A stretch of 64,000 bases of DNA from positions 28,207 to 92,206 of the IMG/VR virus record IMGVR_UViG_3300013308_000020. One strand, 5' to 3'. Made by a program: the position numbers and the translations under genes. Under the pieces are notes generated by a model. That model searched no databases. It was not told the origin of the DNA and saw nothing but the letters and a program-made list of their open reading frames with translations. Source of the stretch: a virus (lineage: Duplodnaviria > Caudoviricetes). Shown piece by piece: positions 19,003-28,400 of this stretch; position 1 is the first letter of the stretch, and the number at the start of each line of letters is the position of its first letter.

Positions 19003-19259
19003 TGCGTATAAACATAGGATTAGATAATGAACTTGAATTAACTGAAGTATATAATCCTATTATTCTCAGAACTGATAGCGGGGAAATCCTCGCTATCACT
19101 ATGAGAGATTCTGGATTTGAATTTAAGTATCAAGGTAAATGGTATTCTGCTAAACAAGGTATAGTAGAATCATTTGAAGATATAGCAGAAAGAAGTAGAA
19201 GCGATATATCTACTGCTCAATCTGATGGTGAAGCAGAATTAAACAATACTAATAAATAA
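19002..19259 (+). CDS. hypothetical protein (85 aa)
   Basis: TAATG-coupled. Confidence 0.7.
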   Translation: MRINIGLDNELELTEVYNPIILRTDSGEILAITMRDSGFEFKYQGKWYSAKQGIVESFEDIAERSRSDISTAQSDGEAELNNTNK

Positions 19260-19263
19260 AATT

Positions 19264-19572
19264 ATGAGTTACGAAATAACGAGAGATTGTAGATTTGGTA
19301 GACGAGGTAAGATAGTAGATTATCCTACTTTTATGAGTGCTAATTATGAAGAACAAAGAACATGCTTTAAAGAAGTTGTTACGTATAGTAGTGACTCTCA
19401 TTATGATGGCAGCAATACTAATACTTCTTTCTTAGATCCTTTAGATTCTTTACTTAGTAGTGCAGATGATGCTTCTTCTTTTTCTAGCTCTACTGATTCA
19501 TCAGATCATTCATCTTTTGATGGATTTGGTGGGGGAGACTTTGGAGGCGGAGGAGCGAGCGACGACTACTAA
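19264..19572 (+). CDS. hypothetical protein with Ser/Asp-rich and FGGGxFGGGGAS tail (102 aa)
   Basis: C-terminus SSFDGFGGGDFGGGGASDDY. Confidence 0.75.
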   Translation: MSYEITRDCRFGRRGKIVDYPTFMSANYEEQRTCFKEVVTYSSDSHYDGSNTNTSFLDPLDSLLSSADDASSFSSSTDSSDHSSFDGFGGGDFGGGGASDDY

Positions 19573-19796
19573 TGCTAGTGGAGATAAACAAAGGTAAGAC
19601 TGAAGAACGAGAGTATATTCAGATTACGTTTGATGGTAGACAACAATTTTATGTAGAAGAAGATAAAGTTGATTGGACTGCTAATACCTTAGCTAAAGGC
19701 TTTTCTAATTGTCATATGATAAAGACAATGCTAGAGCAAGTATATATGTTAGGGCAGGAAGGGGAAGATATAGAATTTCATGTAAATATAATATGA
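19572..19796 (+). CDS. hypothetical protein (74 aa)
   Basis: TAATG-coupled. Confidence 0.65.
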   Translation: MLVEINKGKTEEREYIQITFDGRQQFYVEEDKVDWTANTLAKGFSNCHMIKTMLEQVYMLGQEGEDIEFHVNII

Positions 19797-19802
19797 TATT
19801 AT

Positions 19803-20183
19803 ATGAACAAGAAAGATGTAGAAACCTTTATAGAAACTAAGGTTGAAGAGCGAGAAGTTAAGAGAAGTAAACTATATCTTTCTAATGAAGATATAGAAAA
19901 AGAAGAATGGGAACTCATAGGGATTACAGTAATGCCTCAAGATAGACGTTGCGGAATTGTCGATATAAAGTTAGCATATAAAGATGATATTCGTGACGTG
20001 TATACAGTAAGGAATTCAGGTAATTTACATTTAAATGGAGTTTACCCAAACTTTGTAAAACGTCAGATAATTGCTCGTATTAAAGAAGTAGCTTTCGGAG
20101 AGATTAAGAAAGTTGCTAAGAAAAATGCTACTATAAGAACTGTTAATAGACCAACACCAATAACTATAAAAAGAAATAAATAA
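19803..20183 (+). CDS. hypothetical protein (126 aa)
   Basis: ORF in operon; TAATG coupling downstream. Confidence 0.7.
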   Translation: MNKKDVETFIETKVEEREVKRSKLYLSNEDIEKEEWELIGITVMPQDRRCGIVDIKLAYKDDIRDVYTVRNSGNLHLNGVYPNFVKRQIIARIKEVAFGEIKKVAKKNATIRTVNRPTPITIKRNK

Positions 20184-20800
20184 TGGAAACTATCCACGAA
20201 TTGACCAAAAGTACAATGGAAGTAGTAGGACAAACTGTTAGAGATACTCCTAGCATTCCTACTGTACCTGAAATGAAATTACGTCTTGCTTTAGAGTTTG
20301 AAGAACTTAAAGAGAAAGCAGAAGCAATGGGATTAGCTGGTACTTTTGCAATAATACTACATAAATCAATAGATAAGATACTTGATAAGATATATGAAGT
20401 AGAACCTAAATTAAAAGAACATCTTGTTACTCTACCTTTGGATAGTTTATTAGTAAAAGCAGATACTAATGAAGTTAATCTAGTAGAAGTATTAGATGCT
20501 TGTCTTGATCAAAGAGTAGTTGCTAGTGGTACTGACTTATGCTTTGGTTTCCAACATATCATTCCTGATGGAGATGAAGCGGTATATGTTAGTAATATGT
20601 CTAAATTTGATACAGAAGCAGATGTTGCTTTGGCAGGTGTAGCGGCTTATACTGAAAAAGGTATTAGTACTTACATTGATACACAAGGTGAATACCATGT
20701 AATCAAACGTGTAGAAGATGGTAAGTATCTTAAATCTTTGAATTATAGTCCAGTTAACCTTCATAATCTAGTAGGACTTAACGAAACTAATACATATTAA
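20183..20800 (+). CDS. MazG-like (PRA-PH/DR2231-type) NTP pyrophosphohydrolase
   Basis: LRLALEFEELKE, EVLDACLD, VYVSNMSK, DGKYLKS.NY motifs. Confidence 0.8.
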   Translation: METIHELTKSTMEVVGQTVRDTPSIPTVPEMKLRLALEFEELKEKAEAMGLAGTFAIILHKSIDKILDKIYEVEPKLKEHLVTLPLDSLLVKADTNEVNLVEVLDACLDQRVVASGTDLCFGFQHIIPDGDEAVYVSNMSKFDTEADVALAGVAAYTEKGISTYIDTQGEYHVIKRVEDGKYLKSLNYSPVNLHNLVGLNETNTY

Positions 20801-20873
20801 CATAAGCTGAGATTGTTTTAAACAATTTAGTCTATACAGTTGTTCAGTATTCTCACATATAACTATATATATT

Positions 20874-21098
20874 ATGAAAGATTTTAATATAGATGCAGCT
20901 AAGGTTGCAGAACACGTAGGACATAAGATTATTATTTCAGTTTATGGTGGAGCTGAACTTACAATAGAATGTAATACTTGCTATGAGGTTATTGCTAGTA
21001 TTCCTTATAAGATTCCTGTAACATTCGATGTTGATGATTCTAAGGAACGAAAACCCTCCTGTAATATGGATGAAGGCTGCGTTTCTTGCGGTTCGTAA
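20874..21098 (+). CDS. small Cys-rich protein ending in CxxCGS (74 aa)
   Basis: H..H...CNTC and C-terminal SCNMDEGCVSCGS; A/T-rich leader. Confidence 0.7.
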   Translation: MKDFNIDAAKVAEHVGHKIIISVYGGAELTIECNTCYEVIASIPYKIPVTFDVDDSKERKPSCNMDEGCVSCGS

Positions 21099-21125
21099 CG
21101 TCCAATGTTTAGGGCATTAAATAAA

Positions 21126-21161
21126 GAAAAAGGATAGTCCATTCGGGCTATCCTTTTTTTT
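21126..21161. terminator. bidirectional Rho-independent terminator between convergent modules
   Basis: AAAAAGGATAGTCC-ATTC-GGGCTATCCTTTTTTTT: A-tract before and T-tract after the stem. Confidence 0.92.
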
Positions 21162-21166
21162 ACCGT

Positions 21167-24100
21167 TCAATGTGCCGAAGTAGTTTCATCAAGGTCAGTA
21201 TCAATATATCTACTAACATCTTTCCAAGAAGAAGCTAAAGGAACAGCTTGACCAAGAAGATAATTCCAACCTGGAATATCTCCCTTTTGAGTTCTCTTAC
21301 CTTTAAGTAGACCTTCTATTAGAATATCTTTCATAGCCAAACTCGTTTTATATAACTTAGGTAAAGCTGAAGCTTGACTTTGAACAGAATTAAGAACATC
21401 CCAAAAGGCAATACCTTGAGATTGATCATCAGCAAGTCTTAGTAACTTACGTTGAATCATTTTCTCCCAATCAGTCATTTTATCATCATCATCATCATCG
21501 TCTCCATGTAGAACTGCATTAGCAACATTCATACCAGCAAGGAATGTACCTGCTACCATTAGTTCTACAATACGTTGTCTCTGTTCTTGAGGCATAGTAG
21601 ACCACTTATAATTAGGATCATTCTGAAGTCTTAATGTAGCACCCAACCATTTTACTAATACTCTTGCACGACCTTCATTAATTCTAGCTATCCAAGTATA
21701 AACATCTTCTCCCGCTTCATTTTGACGTAGTTCATATCTACCTAAAGAGTCATCATTATATTTAGATTGACCCATACTTTCAAGTACGTTAGGTAAATAT
21801 TTCTTAAACTGATTAAGTAATTGACCCATAGCTGTAAGGTCAAGAGAAGTTCTTTCATCTTGTCTATAACCACCATGTACTAATGAAGATACCCTTTTGA
21901 ATTTACGAATCTCTTCAGCAGATAAGGCTGTAAGAGTTTCTCCATTAGCTAACTTCATATTACGATCTCCTACATATTGAAACTTACCATCTTTAAAATC
22001 ATAAGAATCCCACATAGACATACTACCCATTTTATAATGATGTGCTTGAGCACCTAGTAGTGTAAGAGCAGCATATTCTTCACCTATAGAATGAAAGAAA
22101 TAAAGGTTTGACCTATCTAATAGACTGTTTTTCTTAAATTGAAGTTCACTTTTACGTATAGCATAATCATAATTATCAGGTAGATAATCTAAATGTTTAG
22201 CTAATTGCCAAAGTTTACTTTTCTCTTTCTGACCCATCATTGCATGGAATAAGAAATCAGCATAGTTTATTTGTGCTCTAGCTAAATGTCTTATTGAAAA
22301 ATCATAATCTTCAGGATTAGCACCAGGTAACCTCTTCGCAATAGAACCTACAATAGCTTTATTAGAGTTCATTACTACAATTAATCCAGCATTAAACATA
22401 GCAGGAATAGGTTTTACCCACATAGCTGACCATGATACCCAAGATTTTATTCCTCTTAAAACTTTATCAATAGATACTGTTTTCTTTTCTCCCTCATAAG
22501 TGAAAGTAATATGACGACTAGTCCATTTAGGATTTCTTTTAGTATCCTGAACATGAAGAAGTATTTGATCTTGTAGGAATTCAATAGTATTCTTGAACTC
22601 ATTGCCTTCATTATCAGTCTTAGTTTTAAGCAACTCAACTATACCATCTCCTAAAGATTGCATATCATCTAATTCATCTTTCATAATGACATTAGATATG
22701 AAGTTCTTAAATGATATTTCAGAAGATAACGTATGGTTTTGAGACTTAATTATATTAGAACTACCCATAAATTTAAGTGGTAATCCTCCTTTTTGTTTAT
22801 CATTAGGTTTATATTGATTTGCAGTAAAATCAGATAGTACAGAATTTATAAAATAATCCTTATACTCTTTACTCATTCTACCATTTCTTTCAATAGCTTC
22901 TTCTCCTGTCATTGCATAACGAGGCATAAAGTCAGGGTCAAGTTCAGCAGGAAGTCCTTGTGCTTCAGCAATAGTTACAGCATGTTTACCTCTATAGTGA
23001 GATATTTTACCTACTGCTTGTTTATATTCTTTCTGCATCGTTTCACGAATATACTTATTATATTCATATTGTGCTTGAGAATATTTACCACTATCAACTT
23101 GCGCTTGAGTAATAACTCTAGTATAATAACCATCGTGAGTATCATCCTTCTTGTATTCATTCATGAACTCAAATACTTCTTGATATTTTAAAGCATTAAG
23201 ACCACCAAGAGTAGCTTTCTTAAGCAAGTCTTTCATTCCATGCTTATCGAAATACTCAGTATAAACTTTCTTTCCAAGTTCATCAAGATGCTCATGAATC
23301 TCTCTTATTCTATCTCTACCTGATTTCTGTCTATTAGTTAGAATTTTTATAAAGCTTTTTATACGAGGATTCTTAATACTATTCATATTACCAATCTTAC
23401 GTTTAATCCAACCCATATCAGATATATCATCTGTAGTAGGATCTTCACCTAATTCGGCATTAACTTTAGCAACTTGGTCTACAAGTTGTAAACGTTTGGC
23501 TTCAGCAGCACCAATTTCAGCATAACTCTTCTTCTTATTTTCTTTAAGGTCTTTAATATAATTAGTATGTTCACGAAGTTCATTAGCCCAAAAAACTTTC
23601 TTTTCAGCTACGGTCATGTTCTTAGTTCTGTCATCTACTAATTCATCATTATTACCTATATATTGAGTAGGGTCAAATAAACCTTGTGCTTTAAGTTGAG
23701 CATACACATCTAGTTTTTCATTAGCTGCATCAGCATAATAAGATTCTATCAAACCTAAATAAGGTTCAATATTTATCTCATGAACTTGAGTAGGGTTATT
23801 TTTAGATATTCCTACAATAGCAAGATCTTTATATCGTACAGTTTTATCCTTCATACTTTCTTTAAAAATCATAGCACGAAGAACTACTTCAAGTTTAGCT
23901 TTATTAAGCTTGGTATCAAGTATAGGTTCTATTTGATTTCTACCATACTTCATAAAGTTAGCATAAGTAGCATCTGATAATAAGTTACCAGTTTTCCAGT
24001 CAAATATAGAAAATAACCCTTTTGCATCTTGTACTAGAGTATCTATAGTTGTAGCAATACCCATCAACTTAGAAGCAATAGTAACTTCAGAAAGTACTTT

Positions 24101-25441
24101 ATCTTTATCTTTAGGTTTAATTCCTTTCTGATAGGTGTTAATTCCTACAGCTTCAAATATTTCTCCTATCTTTTCTTCTACCCAAGAGTATTCTTCTTCA
24201 TCAATAGCAAAGGATTCTCCTTTCTTACCTGCATAATATCCAGCTAAATCCTTAGCAATCTTCTCACTAGGTTTAATAATATTTTGAATAATAGCATGGA
24301 CAATCTTACCTCTAATTCTCCAGTCAGTATTTTGCTTCATTCGCTTATACTCAACTAGTTCTTTATAGGTCATTGTCTTACCATCTACAGAAATATCTTC
24401 TGCAAATTGTTTCTTAGCTTTTCTATATTCCTCACGTGCAGCATGTTCTTCATAAGATAGATTAGGTTCACCTTTAGGATTATCATTACTATACATCTTA
24501 TGTAAGACTTCTGTACCACGACCAAATTCAAAGTCTTTATTTACATCTGTATAATGAGTTTCATCAGGAGAAAGTTCATATCCTTTTTCTGCAATATGTT
24601 GTTCTACATCTTCAAGAGTAGCTCTTTGCTGTTGAATATCTCTAGATATTTTACCTTTACCTTCACGTAGTTTACCACGTACCATATCCATAGCAAGTTT
24701 CTTTGCTACGTTAGGTTGAATACCTAGTTTCTCTCCGATTGCTCTAAAGACTCTACTTAACCAAAAGTTCCAACGTTTAACAGCTTCGGGATTATCAAAA
24801 AGGTCAGCAGCTTCTACACCAATAGCAGTAGTAAGAATCTCTTTATCTAAAGCTCTTCCGCTTAGGTCAGGATATGTTTCTCTAACTTCATCTGCTAATT
24901 TACTATCTCTTAGTTGGTCTACTCCTTGCTGAATAATAGGGTCATCTCCTAGAATATCAATATAAACGTGTCCATATTCATGAGGTATAGTATCTTTAAA
25001 TACCTTGTTAGGGTTTAGAGTAATAGTTGCACTTCTATCTCCTGTACCTTTAACATTAGCATTCTCACCAAGAGAGTTATCAAACTTCACATTAACATCA
25101 ATACCTGCATCAGCAAAGGTTTTGGTTAATCCTTCCATTTTTCTAGCTGAATCCTCAAGTGTATCTTCTTGGGTTCTCAGCTTATAGCTAGAAGAAAGAG
25201 AAGCATTAAGTGTAGCAAGAGTTGGTTGACCATTCTCATCAAGTTCACCTCTATACTTAGATGGAAAATATTCCCAATCACCATTCTTAGATTTAAAGGC
25301 AGATGTATAGATAAGATTATACATACGTATTGCTTCATTTCTTTTCATCCCCGATAAAAGAAGGTCGGTGAAGAGCTTGCTCTCCACCATTTCACCTTCT
25401 TTATTCTTTATCAGGGGCACTAGATTACAAGTTGCGCCCAT
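21167..25441 (-). CDS. large virion cargo/ejection protein with zincin and PD-(D/E)XK nuclease domains (1424 aa)
   Basis: HEYGH (24968-24982) plus a downstream E; RGKIVH..SEV..IDTL..FDWKTG nuclease motifs; N-terminal FKSKNGDWE..LDENGQP; C-terminal GQLLNQFKKY; directly follows the vRNAP gene. Confidence 0.8.
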   Translation of the reverse strand: MGATCNLVPLIKNKEGEMVESKLFTDLLLSGMKRNEAIRMYNLIYTSAFKSKNGDWEYFPSKYRGELDENGQPTLATLNASLSSSYKLRTQEDTLEDSARKMEGLTKTFADAGIDVNVKFDNSLGENANVKGTGDRSATITLNPNKVFKDTIPHEYGHVYIDILGDDPIIQQGVDQLRDSKLADEVRETYPDLSGRALDKEILTTAIGVEAADLFDNPEAVKRWNFWLSRVFRAIGEKLGIQPNVAKKLAMDMVRGKLREGKGKISRDIQQQRATLEDVEQHIAEKGYELSPDETHYTDVNKDFEFGRGTEVLHKMYSNDNPKGEPNLSYEEHAAREEYRKAKKQFAEDISVDGKTMTYKELVEYKRMKQNTDWRIRGKIVHAIIQNIIKPSEKIAKDLAGYYAGKKGESFAIDEEEYSWVEEKIGEIFEAVGINTYQKGIKPKDKDKVLSEVTIASKLMGIATTIDTLVQDAKGLFSIFDWKTGNLLSDATYANFMKYGRNQIEPILDTKLNKAKLEVVLRAMIFKESMKDKTVRYKDLAIVGISKNNPTQVHEINIEPYLGLIESYYADAANEKLDVYAQLKAQGLFDPTQYIGNNDELVDDRTKNMTVAEKKVFWANELREHTNYIKDLKENKKKSYAEIGAAEAKRLQLVDQVAKVNAELGEDPTTDDISDMGWIKRKIGNMNSIKNPRIKSFIKILTNRQKSGRDRIREIHEHLDELGKKVYTEYFDKHGMKDLLKKATLGGLNALKYQEVFEFMNEYKKDDTHDGYYTRVITQAQVDSGKYSQAQYEYNKYIRETMQKEYKQAVGKISHYRGKHAVTIAEAQGLPAELDPDFMPRYAMTGEEAIERNGRMSKEYKDYFINSVLSDFTANQYKPNDKQKGGLPLKFMGSSNIIKSQNHTLSSEISFKNFISNVIMKDELDDMQSLGDGIVELLKTKTDNEGNEFKNTIEFLQDQILLHVQDTKRNPKWTSRHITFTYEGEKKTVSIDKVLRGIKSWVSWSAMWVKPIPAMFNAGLIVVMNSNKAIVGSIAKRLPGANPEDYDFSIRHLARAQINYADFLFHAMMGQKEKSKLWQLAKHLDYLPDNYDYAIRKSELQFKKNSLLDRSNLYFFHSIGEEYAALTLLGAQAHHYKMGSMSMWDSYDFKDGKFQYVGDRNMKLANGETLTALSAEEIRKFKRVSSLVHGGYRQDERTSLDLTAMGQLLNQFKKYLPNVLESMGQSKYNDDSLGRYELRQNEAGEDVYTWIARINEGRARVLVKWLGATLRLQNDPNYKWSTMPQEQRQRIVELMVAGTFLAGMNVANAVLHGDDDDDDDKMTDWEKMIQRKLLRLADDQSQGIAFWDVLNSVQSQASALPKLYKTSLAMKDILIEGLLKGKRTQKGDIPGWNYLLGQAVPLASSWKDVSRYIDTDLDETTSAH

Positions 25442-25443
25442 AG

Positions 25444-28400
25444 TTATTTACATAATTCGTCTAAGTCTACAATATCAGTTTCACTTAATTCTTCTCGATT
25501 AAAGTTAATAACTTTTCTACCATTATCCAACCCATAAGTTACTTTATCCGCACCTTCTCTATCTTCTAAAATCTTACTACCTCTTGTATAAGTTATACTT
25601 TTAATAGTATAATCAAAAGCATTAAGTCTTTCAGAATCATTCAAAGTCCTTAAAGTAATTGTATCTTCAAGTTCAAAATGATTATATTTAGGATCGCCTG
25701 AATATTCACTTTGGTCATTAGCTTTAGGAACACTACGAGCTTTAACATCTCTTTTAAAGGCATCAGCAAGACTATAACCAAAGAACATAACGTTTTTATC
25801 AAACTCATATCCTTGTTTACTACCTTTCTCTTCCCTAGCAAGATATTGATAATATACATAAGGATCTCCTTCTTTACTTGGTACTCTTACATAGGATTTC
25901 TCATAGTAACTTAGGAAGTCAGGGAAACCATTAATCTTAATCTCCTTAGTTAGTGTTGGGTCATTATCATTAGGTGCAGCAGCATCAGCTACTTGAGTTG
26001 TAGGTTCTCCTTGTTTTTCATCTAAACTAACTGTAGCTTCATCTTTATTATCACCATCAGGTACAGCTTGAGTAGTTTCAGAAGCTTTCTCATACTCATA
26101 CTTTAACTCATAGTTAACTCTTTCACCATTAGGAAGTATATCAAAACCTTGTTCGGGATAAATAGTTCCAGGTTTTTTGACAAACTCTTTATTAGTAGCA
26201 AGTTTACTAGGAAACTGTTTAGCAAATTTAGCTGCAAAGTATTCATTAAGATTCTTAAATCTCTTTTCAACTATCTCAGGCTTTCTAGCTTCTGTAGGAC
26301 TAAGTAAAGTATTAAAGAACTTATTCATTGCTGTATCGAAATCTGCATAGACTTCGGCAGGTAGTAATAAGCTATAAGAACTTAGACCAAAAGATAGACC
26401 TTGATTCAAAGCAGCATATTTAACAAAGTTATGCATAAAAGGAGTAAATTTACCATCAACTTTTAATTCATTAAAAGCTTTTTGTAAATCCTGAATCTCA
26501 GCTTGTTCCATTGCAGCAGTAGTATTATATTCTACTTGATACATGTTCTTGCCTACTCCTAACTGTGGTGCTATTCTTATCTTACTTAAAAACTTATTAG
26601 CAGGATTAGCTTTTTGTGCAGCACGAACTTCTTCAACAAAACTTTGGTTGAAAGCATTAAGACCTACTAAATCTTTAGCTCCTTCTAATGGTATTTGCTC
26701 ATTCTTTTTATTTAAAGCAAATTGTTTAAATGTAGCATTAGAAGTATTAAAGTTAACAGTAATTCCATCAGATACATAAGATAAGCCTGATAAGAACATA
26801 CGCATAATTTCATCACGTATCATTCTCTTATTCTTATTGATATTTGAATCTAATCTAATTCCAGTATGTCTAATTGCTGCTTCAGCAACCTTATTTAGTT
26901 CCTCTCTATGTTTATAGAATTGATTATTAACAATACTACTAACTTTAATTAAAGAATGGTGTGCTTCTTTAATATGAGGTAAAGACATAATATTTATAGT
27001 ACCTAAAAGCCCATCTTTAGCAGCTTTAAGATCATCAAATAAATCTACTAAGTCTTGAATCTCTTCTTGTGCTACTGGAAACTGTTTAAGTATCTTAGTT
27101 GCTTTAGCTACTTGACCTATATCTTCACCATTACTATTACCATTAATAAAATTAGTTAATGCTTTTTGCTGAACTATAAGCTCTTCTATAGTAAGTTTAT
27201 CTATACTAAAATCTTCTTCATTTCCTTTTTTAATTAAATTATCAAGAGCCTCTTCATCAAGTTTAACATTATCTTTAACTGCATCTAATGCTTCAGGAGT
27301 AATATTACCAGCTTTTTCAGCAATAAGTGCATTTAATACTTTTACACTTTCTGATTGAGCAAGTTTCATATTACGAGCATCAGCAAGATTCTTAATTACA
27401 GGAGTAAGAAAATGTTTAGATGTAGCTACAAGCGGCATACCAACAGCAAGCATACCAAAATAAGCTTTGCCAGTATTATTGGTAAGTTTGATAATAGGTA
27501 GAATCTGTTCTTTAACGTTATCGAGAGCAGCATTTATAAGTGCATCAAAAGTATCAGAAACGTTGAAAGGTTTACCATTTTTCTGTTTCTTACCACTCTC
27601 TTTAATAGTTAATTTATTATATACTTTACCATCAAATGCTAGCGTTTTTGTTTCTGAAACATAAGGAGTATCATAAACAATATTAAATTCATCTTCTACT
27701 TCTTTAAAAGCAGCTTCAGCTGTTGCACGGAATTCTTCATAAGTTATTTCACCCTTATTACTTTGTGTAACAGCCTTATTATAAATATCCATTGCTTTAT
27801 TAAAAGCTTCAACCTTTTCAGGAGTTTTGAAACGTTTAATAATTTTTATTCTAGTATCAAAATCAGGTTTATAAGATTGAAGAGTATAAGAAAGACCTCT
27901 AACTAAATCTGCAATAGCACCTACGATAGCAGTACCGCTAAAGTTATCTTGATGTATTTGCATTTGATCAATAGGGTCATTTAAGTCATACTCTTTTTCA
28001 ACAGTTACACCTATTGCTTTTAGTTTACTAAATACAGATTCATTATCTTCCAAATCATTTAAACGATCCATACTAATAGGAGTCATCATACGCTCTTCAT
28101 TTCTTCTAGCTGTAACTACTTCTAAGAATTTATCTACGATTTCATTCTTAATAGCAGAATCTAAAGCACCATCAAGCAAATTAATATACTTATTAATTCT
28201 TCTGATTTCCTCTTTATCATCTTTCTTATCTAGAATTTTCTTTCTTTCTTTAAGGTCTTTAATCTCTTTCTCCATTCTAGGTATAAACTTAGGAATCTTT
28301 TCACCATCAAGTTTTCTACCTATAATAGCACCATGCATAAGCAAATCTTTATAATTAGCTCTTTGTGCATAGTCAGCTTTAGATTCTTTTTCACCTTGTT

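Noticed and set aside
20807-20831. Small hairpin after the MazG-like gene as a terminator
   Set aside because: The stem is AT-rich and weak, with no following T-tract.
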